This document shows positions 14,176 through 27,819 of a stretch of 64,000 nt of DNA, in pieces. The notes beneath the pieces are model-generated. The model was given only the letters and a program-made list of their open reading frames with translations, did not search any database and was not told where the DNA came from. A program made the translations under genes and the position numbers. The first letter of the stretch is position 1, and every line of letters starts with the position of its first letter. The DNA comes from Eledone cirrhosa. Lineage: Eukaryota. The stretch spans positions 16,926,001-16,990,000 of the forward strand of contig OZ024757.1 in assembly GCA_964016885.1 (NCBI GenBank), read 5' to 3'.

Positions 14176-15611
14176 ACATGAAGAATTTGATTTATATATC
14201 TGGTCAACTTATCAAGGATTGTGAATATGCATGTATATATATATATATATATCATCATCATGATGTGTGTTACATTGGTACCACAAAACATCCAGCCAAC
14301 TCTGTAAGTGGTCGTGCAGGTGTCACGACAAAAAGCACCTAGCCCACACTGTAAAGTGGTCACGTAAAAGACATGGTAAAAACCACCCAGCACACACTGT
14401 AAATGTGGTTGGCGCTAGCAAGGGTATCCAGCCAAAGACTGTCCTGTATGAGTGAGACATGGTCACCTGACCCAACTTTCCTCTAAATGGGACAAACCCA
14501 TGCTAGCGTGTAAGAGGCACGTTAAACGATGATAATATTTGCCTTTCATCCATTTGAGGTCGATCAAAAAAAGTACCAGTTAAGTACTGGGGTCGATTCT
14601 TCCTCTAGAAGAAATCTGTTGCTTTATTTAGACTGGGAGGTGATAGGCTCCACCAGATATTCAAATGCCCTACAAATGCTGTATGTCAATGACACCTCTA
14701 GAACTGCCTCAGGAGTTATAGAACAAGGGTTGGGCAACTTGTCACAGAGCTAATGACATTTTCACATGCACCATTGTTGTCTTTGACACAACAGAAGGGT
14801 CCTTGCGACCAATTTCTTTGGTAGGTTTTATACAGCTAAATGATTTTCAATATCACCAGCCACTTTACAATACTAGGGAGGTTGTCCAGTCCTTTACAAA
14901 AATGAAGAATTCTCTCCTCAACCATATTTATGGCAGGATTTCTACAACTGGATGCCCTTCCTATAACCAACCACTTTACAGGTTGAACTGGGTGCTTTTG
15001 TTCATGAAACACAACTTAAGAGCTTTCTCTACCGTAATGATGGAGGTAAGAAGGATTATAGGTATATATAGACAACCATAGGTTTACAGACATTCAAGTC
15101 AAGTAATTAGAATCCTATAACATTGATGAGAACTGTAGGCCCCTAGCTTCATCTGTAGCTGGAGCAATGTATCAGTTATTCCATGATCTGGAAAACAATT
15201 TCTTTCACGTGTATAATAACATGAGAGTTAGGACTGGTTGTCCATGAGCACTACTATATGCTGAAATGAAAGAAGAAATTGTAGACAGAAGCAAAATCTG
15301 GAATCAAAGGCCTGCAAAATAATCCTATCAAAGACTACATTTTAGTAAGTATGAAAGAAGATGAGATACTGCTACTATACATTTAGGCTGTGAACACCCA
15401 ACAGTTGTGGTGAGATCACAAGGAGGATACATTTTATATGTGGTAAATACAGAGGAGTAGTCAGCAGTAAGGGTACTCAAGAGTTGGACTACCAAATGTT
15501 CAGAAGGCTCACTGGAAGTAGTAAAAAGCTTTGGCTATCTATGGCTGGATACCCTTCCTATCACCAACCACTTTACAGTGTGTACTGAGTGCATTTAACT
15601 TGTAGATCACC

Positions 15612-18234
15612 TACACTGGGGAGGTTGTCATCTCCTTGACACAACTGAAGGGTCTTCCCACCCCTTTGTTTGGTAAGATCTCTACAGATAAATGTCCTCC
15701 ATATCACCAACACTAGGGGGGTTGTCATGTCCTTGACACAACTGAAGGGTCTTCCCACCCCTTTGTTTGGTAAGATCTCTACAGATAAATGTCCTCCATA
15801 TCACCAACACTAGGGGGGTTGTCATGTCCTTGACACAACTGAAGGGTCTTCCCACCCCTTTGTTTGGTAAGATCTCTACAGATAAATGTCCTCCATATCA
15901 CCAACACTAGGGGGGCTGTCATGTCCTTGACACAACTGAAGGGTCTTCCCACCCCTTTGTTTGGTAAGATCTCTACAGCTAAAATTCCTCCATATCACCA
16001 ACACTAGGGGGGCTGTCATGTCCTTGACACAACTGAAGGGTCTTCCCACCCCTTTGTTTGGTAAGATCTCTACAGCTAAATGTCCTCCATATCACCAACA
16101 CTGGGGGGGTTGTCATGTCCTTGACACAACTGAAGGGTCTTCCCACTCCTTTGTTTGGTAAGATCTCTACAGCTAAATGTCCTCCATATCACCAACACTA
16201 GGGGGGTTGTCATGTCCTTGACACAACTGAAGGGTCTTCCCACCCCTTTGTTAGGTAAGATCTCTACAGCTAAATGTCCTCCATATCACCAACACTAGGG
16301 GGTTTGTCATGTCCTTGACACAAGTGAAGGGTCTTCCCACCCCTTTGTTTGGTAAGATCTCTACAGCTAAATGTCCTCCATATCACCAACACTGGGGGGG
16401 TTGTCATCTCCTTGACACAACTGAAGGGTCTTCCCACCCCTTTGTTTGGTAAGATCTCTACAGCTAAATGTCCTCCATATCACCAACACTAGGGGGGTTG
16501 TCATGTCCTTGACACAAGTGAAGCGTCTTCCCACCCCTTTGTTTGGTAAGATCTCTACAGCTAAATGTCCTCCATATCACCAACACTAGGGGGGTTGTCA
16601 TGTCCTTGACACAAGTGAAGGGTCTTCCCACCCCTTTGTTTGGTAAGATCTCTACAGCTAAATGTCCTCCATATCACCAACACTAGGGGGGTTGTCATGT
16701 CCTTGACACAAGTGAAGGGTCTTCCCACCCCTTTGTTTGGTAAGATCTCTACAGCTAAATATCCTCCATATCACCAACACTAGGGGGGTTGTCATGTCCT
16801 TGACACAAGTGAAGCGTCTTCCCACCCCTTTGTTTGGTAAGATTCTACAGCTAAATGTCCTCCATATCACCAACACTAGGGAGGTTGTCATGTCCTTGAC
16901 AAAAGTGAAGGGTCTTCCCACCCCTTTGTTTGGTAAGATCTCTACAGCTAAATGTCCTCCATATCACCAACACTAGGGGGGGTTGTCATGTCCTTGATAC
17001 AACTGAAGGGTCTTCCCACCCCTTTGTTTTGTAAGATCTCTACAGCTAAATGTCCTCCATATCACCAACACTAGGGGGGTTGTCATGTCCTTGACACAAC
17101 TGAAGGGTCTTCGTACCCCTTTGTTTGGCAAGATCTCTAGAGCTAAATGTCCTCCATATCACCAACACTAGGGGGGTTGTCATGTCCTTGACACAACTGA
17201 AGGGTCTTCCCACCCCTTTGTTAGGTAAGATCTCTACAGCTAAATGTCCTCCATATCACCAACACTAGGGGGGTTGTCATGTCCTTGACACAACTGAAGG
17301 GTCTTCCTACCCCTTTGTTAGGTAAGATCTCTACAGCTAAATGTCCTCCATATCACCAACACTAGGGGGGGTTGTCATGTCCTTGACACAAGTGAAGGGT
17401 CTTCCCACCCCTTTGTTTGGTAAGATCTCTACAGCTAAATGTCCTCCATATCACCAACACTAGGGGGGTAGTCATGTCCTTGACACAACTGAAGGGTCTT
17501 CCCACCCCTTTGTTTGGTAAGATCTCTACAGCTAAATGTCCTCCATATCACCAACACTAGGGGGGTTGTCATGTCCTTGACACAACTGAAGGGTCTTCCC
17601 ACCCCTTTGTTTGGTAAGATCTCTACAGCTAAATGTCCTCCATATCACCAACACTAGGGGGGTTGTCATGTCCTTGAGACAACTGAAGGGTCTTCCCACC
17701 CCTTTGTTTGGTAAGATCTCTACAGCTAAATGTCCTCCATATCACCAACACTAGGGGGGTTGTCATGTCCTTGACACAACTGAAGGGTCTTCCCACCCCT
17801 TTGTTTGGTAAGATCTCTACAGCTAAATGTCCTCCATATCACCTACACTGGGGGGGTTGTCATCTCCTTGACACAACTGAAGGGTCTTCCCACCCCTTTG
17901 TTTGGTAAGATCTCTACAGCTAAATGTCCTCCATATCACCAACACTAGGGGGGTTGTCATGTCCTTGACACAACTGAAGGGTCTTCCCACCCCTTTGTTT
18001 GGTAAGATCTCTACAGCTAAATGTCCTCCATATCACCAACACTAGGGGGGTTGTCATGTCCTTGACACAAGTGAAGGGTCTTCCCACCCCTTTGTTAGGT
18101 AAGATCTCTTCAGCTAAATGTCCTCCATATCACCAACACTAGGGGGGTTGTCATGTCCTTGAGACAACTGAAGGGTCTTCCCACCCCTTTGTTTGGTAAG
18201 ATCTCTACAGCTAAATGTCCTCCATATCACCAAC
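15612..18234. repeat. 97-bp minisatellite, ~27 copies
   Basis: CACTAGGGGGGTTGTCATGTCCTTGACACAACTGAAGGG... recurs at 15711, 15808, 15905 and onward. Confidence 0.97.
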
Positions 18235-19214
18235 CAATTTAATGATACACAGACAGAAAAAGATTTCCAAACCAAACTTACACATTAGAGGGAATGACCA
18301 ACAAACGTTATTTTCCCTTTTTTGGGGACATTTAACAATCCAACATAGAATGAAGAACATGTTAAATTGAAACATCAACATCATCGTTCTCACCATCATT
18401 GTCATCTATTGTTTTAATAAATGTAGACATCATCATCATCATCATTTTATATTTTGGGGTAGTTTACCAATCCACCATAAATTGACAGGTTAAACATCAT
18501 CTTCATAGTCATCACGGCTGGATTAACTCACATCAGCAGTGGACATATTTGGATGTCATCATACTAAAACATCTGTTGAAGCATATCAGATCTGAAAAGA
18601 GAGAGAGAGGGTATGAGTTAGATGTGACAAAAGCGAGGTAGGAGATAGATGTCGAGAAAGAGAGGGCATGAGATGGACAAAGAGAGAGAGAGAGGGGGGG
18701 GAGAGTTTTGGACAGAGAGAGTGAAGAGATATGTAGTTGGACATAGAGGGAGAGAGAGTTGGACATAGAGGGAATTAAAGAAGCTTTAAACACCAACAGA
18801 GAGGCCACAATAAATCAGGAATATATGGCAGAGTAGCTTCTATGACTGTTTTACACATTTAAGGAAGAATGTATTGTTTGTTTTGCATTTGTAAAGGTAA
18901 CCTGAAATATGTTGAAATAAACTGGGTAAAAAACATTACATTGTTTTGTTTGATTTGTCATCCTTTAACCTTTCTATATTTCTACTGCATTGTACTGGCT
19001 TTCTGAGTCCTCACCAGTCAATTATTGCATATCTCACAATTCTTCTGATTAAATATAATATAGATATAAAATATGATGCATAACACTGTGGGTCACAGGG
19101 CACATGATATTGGGTTACCTGCACAGAATAGCATTGTATCTGCCTGACTGAACTGGCTTCAAGAAAAGAGGCTTAAGGGGGGGGGGGGGGGGGCTAGTTC
19201 TGATACAAGACACA

Positions 19215-20190
19215 TTGAGACTAGTGTTACGATCAACCAGTCTGTTGTGTTTAACATCCACCACTAGGCCAAAATGGTGTAGGAAATCTGCTCATAGAAT
19301 CAAGATTGGTAATTTGATGATGACAAACACCTACTGGGAAGCTCGGTGGAGCCCTAGATCAAGAGTAAGTGACTTTTCTCTGAATATAGAGATTGAAGAG
19401 TGGTTAACTGCCTGAAGAACTGTTGTCTGGCATCATGGTAGAACACTAATCTCTGCCCATGTATCTACAAGACAACGAATACCAGGTGACTAGGTTTCAA
19501 AGAGCCAGGTGTCGTAGCAACATTGTTTCCTGGAACATAACTGGACTCCCTCTGAAATGAACAGAGTAACAAGCATCTATGGGCCTTTCTGGGATTGGCT
19601 GTCCAGGTAAGACTCTGATGGAAAGCTTACTGTGCTCAACACTGTGTTGCACTCCTCTAACCAAGCTTCAAGAGATTGTCACCTCTGAAACAAAGATGAA
19701 GGAGAAGTAAAGGAGCTTAGTGGTGGTCTGCTGTATGTTTCCTGAGCCACAAAAGACAATGGTGCTGCTACCTCCATGATTATGTTAGCCAAACCTACCA
19801 ACTCATCAATGGCAGTGCTTTACGAAATGCCACATGTGGCTGGCAGTAGCCTCTGTAAAAGAGTTGCTTCACAATGTCCAAATACAAGGTATTTTCACCC
19901 CAACAGTTGTTTTAATCGTCTTAAAAACTGTAACAACTTTCAGTCACCCAATTCCTAGGTATTGAGCAGCTGTTGCTGTTCAGAGACCAACGTCCACTTA
20001 ATGGATTCCAACCACAATGTTGCATATGAAAATATGCCTGGTGGTACAGATAGCAGATCATGGATCTCCTGCAGAAACTCAGGGGAAAGCACCCCTACCA
20101 CATGCCTTGTCAGATGAAATGTGGTGTGTGTCGAATTGGACCTCAATTCAACGGAACAAAATAGTTGGATCATGAGGCAAATATGTCTGA
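19215..20190 (-). mobile_element. Decayed Ty3/gypsy LTR retrotransposon gag-protease remnant
   Basis: Minus strand with in-frame stops: gag-like HVVGVLSPEFLQEIHDLL...QQLLNT*ELGD*KLLQFLRRLKQLLG, then retropepsin-like LVDTWAEISVLP (decayed DTG motif, ~19437-19472) and LQAVNHSSI...LTLDLGL...ADFLHHFGLVVDVK. Confidence 0.85.
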
Positions 20191-20639
20191 AGGGATAAAA
20201 AAAAAAACATGACATGTATAACAATATATAGCTTTACTTCACCTCATAGAAGGAAAATATGATTGCTTAAAATCATAAATACAATCAATGATTATAGTGT
20301 TCAATAAAGCCTCTGTGTTGTGCGAGCAGTCACTTCTATTTACGTTGGAATGTTTCCCTTAAAAAGTGACAAGTTGAAGTGAGATAACAGTCCAAGTAGT
20401 AGTATTTTGTTATGTCAGAAAATGTTCTTAGGACCAAACAACAGCTTATTTACATTAGAAAGGTCCTCTTATGGAACAAGTGACACTGTGAGTCTTCCAC
20501 AAGGGAAAGTTATCTAAATTGATGTCTCCGAGGACATAGTTCAATCCCTTGGTGGTTTAGACAATCATAAAATATGGTGAGGAAAAATTTCTTACACTAC
20601 ACTGGCATATTTACATCTTCAAAAAGATACCTCACATTC

Positions 20640-21230
20640 ATTTACTCTTGGTAAACATAGCCTTGGCCAGGAGTCATTGATGTCAACAGACGGTGTCCAA
20701 AATTTACTGGGTGTGTTGACCCTCAACCGTAACATCCTCTTAGTGGTGACCAAATTACTGCCTGGCTTCCAATATATCTCCAGCTCCAAAGTCAGTAAGA
20801 GGCCCTTTCTATTGCCTCCCCCATCCTGCAAACTTCTTCCTGTTATTCCAATAACAGTGAGCATTCTCCATACCGAGTGAGCCAGGAATATGTGACAGCC
20901 CACCTCAACAGGAAATAGCCATGCCTGCCAACCTTTCTCCATACACTTCTTTATACTTGACACTCAGAGGCGTTGCCACACTCGTCTTCCCATGGGACTG
21001 ACTTCAATTAGGATTATCTTTTTCCCCCTTTCAGAACCAAAGTAATATATCTGGTCTCAGATATATTACTTTGAAAACCCCCGGGCGGGGCATGGAACCT
21101 ACCTCCCAGGTCAACCCTTATATCCCATGTTTGGGCCATTTGTAGTAGGCCACATGTTGTTCTAACTGTGGTAGATAGTTTTTCTTCCTCTTTCATAAAC
21201 CTGACTGTTGGTTCCCTCTGTTGATGTACA
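20640..21230 (-). mobile_element. 3' fragment of an R2/Hero-type non-LTR retrotransposon (restriction-like endonuclease region)
   Basis: Minus-strand peptides WDIRVDLG, VPWEDEC and KKCMEKGWQAWLFPVEVGC..F.AHSVW resemble the C-terminal REL endonuclease region of Hero-like elements; frameshifted. Confidence 0.8.
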
Positions 21231-21566
21231 TATGTATACATGTATATATATAATGGCAGTAACACTAAGACAGCGTCGTTAAGCATAATTGGGGAGTATC
21301 CATCTATCTAAGGCGGGTAAAATTCCCGAGATCCATGGACGAGTTCTCTACAGCGGTCTCTGTCCCTCATTATCGCTGCCATGTCCTGCGTCTCCAACAG
21401 ACCAGTGTCTGTCCTTAGGGCATCAACATACGTGGGGAAATACTATGTTTATATACAATAAACAGATGAAAGCTTCGCAATCAAAGAAAAGTATTTTTTC
21501 GTTAAGAAAAAAGTTATTTTGTTTTATGAACACTCCACAGATATATCATATAATTATGAATGACAG

Positions 21567-21700
21567 TTACTACAATGGAGCCATACCAGTAATGTACGTT
21601 TCGTTGGCCTGGAGGACCAACTTTTTCAATCTATGTTGGTGGAAAGGAACCGTTTTCAGGTGAAGAAACGTCCGTTCCTGGTATGGCTCCGTTGTAGTAA
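21567..21700. mobile_element. Small foldback/MITE-like element with ~36-bp imperfect inverted arms
   Basis: TTACTACAATGGAGCCATACCAGTAATGTACGTTTC (21567-21602) is nearly the reverse complement of GAAACGTCCGTTCCTGGTATGGCTCCGTTGTAGTAA (21665-21700). Confidence 0.7.
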
Positions 21701-21782
21701 TTGGGCATAAGAATTATATTAAAACTTGCCATACGGACTTGCGTTGCTCTATACCTCGGATATTTCTACCCAGTTGTTATCA

Positions 21783-21820
<38 letters not shown>

Positions 21821-22189
21821 ATGTATCAATAGCGTCAGAATAAACACAATATAAGTTGATGGCCGTAGGCTAACCTCCAATATCGTAGAACTATACCAAA
21901 TGATTTATCTATCACCCAAACCATCTATTCGGAGTTGTATAACGATGTAAACAACATCAATGTGATACAGCCTCTTAGGAGACAAGCTAACGTACGTAAG
22001 TGTGAATATATTTTACTACTTCTCTGATTAGATAATTTATTAATATATATATTATTCTTTCATTGAGATATTTACGTATTTTTATAAGTTTTATTCACAG
22101 TTGTATAAATAACATTACAAATATGCTTTAAATAAATACATAAATAACATTTCAAATGCGTAAATAACATAAATTGTTCGCAATTCGTT

Positions 22190-25100
22190 CATTAAAACAC
22201 CTGAGAAAACTTCTATGATATACAACCTCGCAGGAGGCCAGGTATACGCGGATAGGTGTGAAATATAACAATAATGACAGGATAGGATTGGGGTCTCTAT
22301 CATTAAAACATCCGAGAAACCAGCATATGTGTGAATCGTAACAACTCGACAGGACTGGAACCCTTATCATTAGCACTTTCAATACCAAGTTACCTATATT
22401 TCTACGACACAAAACGGTTTATATTTATCTAAAAAACCTTCCTTAATAATTTTAAGACACACTCTTTCTTAACACCAGTTTAATAATAATTAGTTATGTT
22501 ATTAAATATTTCCAGGTTCTTTATTGTTTTTTTTAAATGTATTTGAAAATCATAGACAATGTCTTTCGTTAAAATTATAGTAACGAAAGGACTCAAGCAC
22601 TCGAGATGCTATTTCGGAAGAGACCAGCTATACCTACAGTGAAATACAACCTCGTAGAAAGCCAGCTAAACCTGCCTGGGTAATAAAGGAAACAACAACA
22701 CGATATGACAGGACTGGAGCTCCGCTGGTTAAAACAACCGAGAAATCTCCTGTAATATACCACCTTGTTCGAGGCAAAGTTGACCTCAACAGAATTCGAA
22801 TTTATACAATAATATCAACGATAACTATAATGACATTAAAACATAATACACATCTCTTCAATAAAAGACTACCATTCTTAGTCTGATACACACGTGTAAC
22901 ACTTTAGGCAAAATAAGGAAGATAACTCAGTGATGTGTTGGCCCTACATACGTGTTAACTGTAACAAAATGATAATGCTGGGCCCCTGAACAGTAAAACA
23001 CCTGAGAAAACTTCTATAAGATATAACCTCGAAGGAGGCCATATGTTCATAGGTGTGAAATATAACAATAACGATGACACGACTGGTATCTACCATTAAA
23101 ACACCGTAGAAAACCTATGCGACACAACTTCGTACGAGGCCAACTAAACCAATGTAGGTGTAAAATATAACAATAAAAATGTGATAGGACTGGCTCTCTA
23201 TATTTAAAACACCTGAGAAAACTTCTGAGATACAACCTCGCAGGAGGACAGCTAAACGTGCATAGGTTTGAAATATAACAATACCGATATGACACGACTG
23301 GTGTCTACCATTAAAACACCGTAGAAAACCTATATGAGACTAATTAAACCAATGTAGGTGTAAAATATAACAATAAAAATGTGATAGGACTGGCTCTATA
23401 ATTAAAACACCTGAGAAAACTTCTGAGATACAAGCTCGCAGGAGGACAGCTAAACGTGCATAAGTTTGAAATATAACAATACCGATATGACACGACTGGT
23501 GTCTACCATTAAAACACCGTAGAAAACCTATATGAGACACAACCTCGTATAAAGCCAACTAAACCAATGTAGGTGTAAAATATAACAATAAAAATGTGAT
23601 AGGACTGGCTCTATAATTAAAACACCTGAGAAAACTTCTGAGATACAACCTCGCAGGAGGACAGCTAAACGTGCATAAGTTTGAAATATAACAATACCGA
23701 TATGACACGACTGGTGTCTACCATTAAAACACCGTAGAAAACCTATATGAGACACAACCTCGTATAAAGCCAACTAAACCAATGTAGGTGTAAAATATAA
23801 CAATAAAAATGTGATAGGACTGGCTCTATAATTAAAACACCTGAGAAAACTTCTGAGATACAACCTCGCAGGAGGACAGCGAAACGTGCATAGATATGAA
23901 ATATAATTGTTTCTACTATTGGCACAAGGCCAGAAAATTACCCAGTACATTACTGGTACTTTATTTTATCGACCCCGTAAGGATGAAAGGCAAAGTTAAC
24001 CTCGGCGGGATTTGAACTCAGAATGGCAAGGGCCGTAACTCTATGCGTCAAAGCATGGCGTCCGAACCTCTACCGATACTGCCAATCCACCGCATAGATA
24101 TGAAATATAATAATGACGGGATAGGCGGGGGTCTCTATCATTAAAACACTCTAGAAACCTCACATAAGGCCAGTTAAACCAGCATGTGTGTGAAACGTAG
24201 CAACTTGACAGGACTGGAACCCTTCTTAACAGTTTTAATACCAAATTGCCTATATTTCTACGATACAAAACGGTTTATATTTATCTAAAAACCTTCCTTC
24301 ATAATTTTATGACACACCTTTTCTTAACACCAGTTTTATGATAATTATAATAACATAACTAATTATAATTAGTTATGTTATTAAATATTTCCAGGTTCTT
24401 TATTGTTTTTTTTAAATGTATTTGAAAATCATAGACAATGTCTTTCGTTAAAATTATAGTAACGAAAGGGCTCAAGCACGCGAGAACCATCCTATCTAAT
24501 GCTATTTCAGAGGAGACGAGCTATACCTACAGCTGTAACAAGACGTGGGTGAGGCAGTTAAACCTACATAGGTGTGAGCTCTAACAATAACATGATAGGA
24601 CTGGAGCCCCTATTATTAAAACAACCGAGAAACCTCCTGTGAAATACAAACTCGTAGAAAGCCAGCTAAACCTGCCTGGGTAATAAAGGAAACAACAACA
24701 CAATGTGACAGGACTGGAGCTCCGCTGGTTAAAACAACCGAGAAACCTCCTGTAATATACCACCTTGTTCGAGGCAAAGTTGACCTCAACAGAATTCGAA
24801 TTTATACAATAATATCAACGATAACTATGACATTAAAACATAATACACATCTCTTCAATAAAAGACTACCATTCTTAGTCTGATACACACGTGTAACACT
24901 TTAGGCAAAATAAGGAAGATAACTCAGTGATGTGTTGGCCCTACATACGTGTTAACTGTAACAAAATGATAATGCTGGGCCCCTGAACAGTAAAACACCT
25001 GAGAAAACTTCTATAAGATATAACCTCGAAGGAGGCCATATGTTCATAGGTGTGAAACATAACAATAACGATGACACGACTGGTGTCTACCATTAAAACA

Positions 25101-26515
25101 CCGTAGAAAACCTATGAGACAACCTCGTATGAGGCTAACTAAACCAATGTAGGTGTAAAATATAATAAAAATGTGATAGGACTGGCTCTATAATTAAAAC
25201 ACCTGAGAAAACTTCTGAGATACAAGCTCGCAGGAGGACAGCTAAACGTGCATATGTTTGAAATATAACAATAACGATATGACACGACTGGTGTCTACCA
25301 TTAAAACACCGTAGAAAACCTATATGAGACTAATTAAACCAATGTAGGTGTAAAATATAACAATAAAAATGTGATAGGACTGGCTCTATAATTAAAACAC
25401 CTGAGAAAACTTCTGAGATACAAGCTCGCAGGAGGACAGCTAAACGTGCATATGTTTGAAATATAACAATAACGATATGACACGACTGGTGTCTACCATT
25501 AAAACACCGTAGAAAACCTATGAGACACAACCTCGTATAAAGCCAACTAAACCAATGTAGGTGTAGAATATAACAATAAAAATGTGATAGGACTGGCTCT
25601 CTATAATTAAAACACCTGAGAAAACTTCTGAGATACAACCTCGCAGGAGGACAGCTAAACGTGCATAGATGTGAAATATAATAATGACGGGATAGGCGGG
25701 GGTCTCTATCATTAAAACACTCTAGAAACCTCACATAAGGCCAGTTAAACCAGCATGTGTGTGAAACGTAGCAACTTGACAGGACTGGAACCCTCATTAA
25801 CAGTTTTAATACCAAATTGCCTATATTTCTACGATACAAAACGGTTTATATTTATCTAAAAACCTTCCTTCATAATTTTATGACACACCTTTTCTTAACA
25901 CCAGTTTTATGATAATTATAATAACATAACTAATTATAATTAGTTATGTTATTAAATATTTCCAGGTTCTTTATTGTTTTTTTTTAAATGTATTTGAAAA
26001 TCATAGACAATGTCTTTCGTTAAAATTATAGTAACGAAAGGGCTCAAGCACGCGAGAACCATCCTATCTAATGCTATTTCGGAGGAGACGAGCTATACCT
26101 ACAGCTGTAACAAGACGTGGGTGAGGCAGTTAAACCTACATAGGTGTGAGCTCTAACAATAACATGATAGGACTGGAGCCCCTATTATTAAAACAACCGA
26201 GAAACCTCCTGTGAAATACAAACTCGTAGAAAGCCAGCTAAACCTGCCTGGGTAATAAAGGAAACAACAACACAATGTGACAGGACTGGAGCTCCGCTGG
26301 TTAAAACAACCGAGAAACCTCCTGTAATATACCACCTTGTTCGAGGCAAAGTTGACCTCAACAGAATTCGAATTCTTACAATAATAATATCAACGATAAC
26401 AATAACGACATTAAAACATAATACACACCTCTTCAATAAAAGGTCACCATTCTTAGTCTGATACACACGTGCAGCGCTATTGGAAAAAATAAGGGAGATA
26501 ACTCAGTGATGTGTT
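22190..26515. repeat. Nested tandem duplication: about three copies of a ~1.6-1.9 kb unit with internal ~215-bp and ~107-bp subrepeats
   Basis: The same 60-aa spurious ORF occurs at 24581 and 26153 (offset 1572). The block AAAACGGTTTATATTTATCTAAAAA occurs at ~22410, ~24267 and ~25838. AAAACACCTGAGAAAACTTCTGAGATAC recurs at ~215-bp spacing in 23200-23880. Confidence 0.92.
23908..24093 (-). mobile_element. SINE family B (~185 bp, tRNA-like head), full length with target-site duplication
   Basis: Reverse complement of the copies at 32499 and 33615. Flanked by the direct repeat GCATAGATATGAAATATAAT (23888-23907 and 24092-24111). Confidence 0.9.
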
Positions 26516-26832
26516 GGATATCCGTCGGGAGCGCGATGAGTGCGCGACATTAACGTGTAAGTGGCTGAACATTTCACATACATGCGCACCCATAATGTAA
26601 TTCTCAGAGAGATTCAGTGTAACACAAACTGCGACAAAGCTAGTTCTTTGAATTACAGATACAATCCATCTTGTATAATCATGTTAGTGGCTGAGTATTC
26701 CACACACACACATCTGTATCATAGACTATGGTTGTCCCTTTGAATTATAGATAGTCACTCATATATTATAGTGTAAGTGGTTGAGTATACCTCAAACCAG
26801 TGTACCCTTAAAGAAAAATTATGACATACAAT

Positions 26833-27175
26833 GAGGCACATGGCTTAGTGGTTAGAGCATTGGCCTTGCAATCAAAAGGTTGTGAGTTCAATTCTCAGAC
26901 CAGGTGATGTGTTGTTTCCTTGAGCAAGACACTTTATTTTTCATTGCTCCAGTTTACTCAGCTGTAGAAATGAGATGATAGGGACTGGCGTCCCTATCAT
27001 TCCACTGCAAAGTGGTCGTGGAGGTGCCACGGCAAAAAAGCACCCAGCACTCACTGTAAATGAGGTTGGTGTTAGGAAGGGCATCCAGCTGTAGAAATCA
27101 AGCCAGAATCAGTTCCCGTCCCACCCTTGCAAGCAGAGAAAAGTGGACGTAAAAAATGAAATGATGATGATGAAT
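26833..27175 (+). mobile_element. SINE family A (~340 bp, tRNA-derived head, CORE-like body, (ATG)n tail)
   Basis: A-box TGGCTTAGTGG, B-box-like GAGTTCAATTC, body CCTTGAGCAAGACACTT, tail GGACGTAAAA(ATG)n; six further near-identical copies in this window. Confidence 0.92.
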
Positions 27176-27670
27176 GAGGAAACTACAAGAGAAGTTCCTA
27201 GTGAAGAATAAGCGGCTGTATTTAGCTTTGGTTGATCTAGGAAAGGCCTTTGACAGAGAAGCAGAAGTCTTTTTATCTGGTAGTCCTAGCAGTGGAGGAT
27301 GGTGCTCTGGAAGCATAATAGCTAGAATAAGGATAGGAGGGAAAGTTTAGAGATCTACTCCCAAAGTTGACAACAAAAGGATGATGCCTGTGTGATTCTG
27401 CATGGTAGTGAAACATGGACAGTGACTGTAGAGGACATGTGTAGGCTGGAGAGAAGTGAAGCAACCATGCTTTGTTGGATGTGCAATGTAAATGTGAGAG
27501 AAAGGTAGAGCTTGAATGAACTGAAGGGGAAACAAGGTTGCTGTGCAAGAAAAGAAACTGCATTGGTATGGACGGTGATTACTGGGTGAAGAAGTGCCGG
27601 GAAGCCACAGTAGAGGTAAACCAACAAAAACCTGGGAAGAGGTGTGAGAGCTGACCTCAAATCATTAAAA
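27175..27670 (+). mobile_element. Decayed RTE-like LINE fragments
   Basis: RKLQEKFLVKNKRLYLALVDLGKAFDR, followed by LHGSETWTVTVEDMCRLERSEATMLCWMCNV. Confidence 0.75.
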
Positions 27671-27819
27671 CTCAGAGATGTGAAGAAACACAGTAATTCC
27701 AGTCTTGGAAATTGTTTTATACAAAACATATTTATATTGTTATATTGCCAGAAATGTATAGTTAAACACACTCACTGTTTGGTTTTTGCTTCAATATATT
27801 TTATATTTTTATAATTCAG

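Noticed and set aside
18533-18808. 91-aa minus-strand ORF or terminal exon after a CT-rich tract
   Set aside because: The polypyrimidine tract is a GA microsatellite; no recognisable coding partner exon.
23047-26466. Family of similar 60-169 aa minus-strand ORFs as a tandem gene cluster
   Set aside because: Frames shift between copies and no domain is evident; they are products of the nested tandem repeat.
26833-26905. tRNA gene suggested by the A and B boxes
   Set aside because: It is the head of a ~340-bp element repeated seven times with (ATG)n tails and target duplications, i.e. a SINE.
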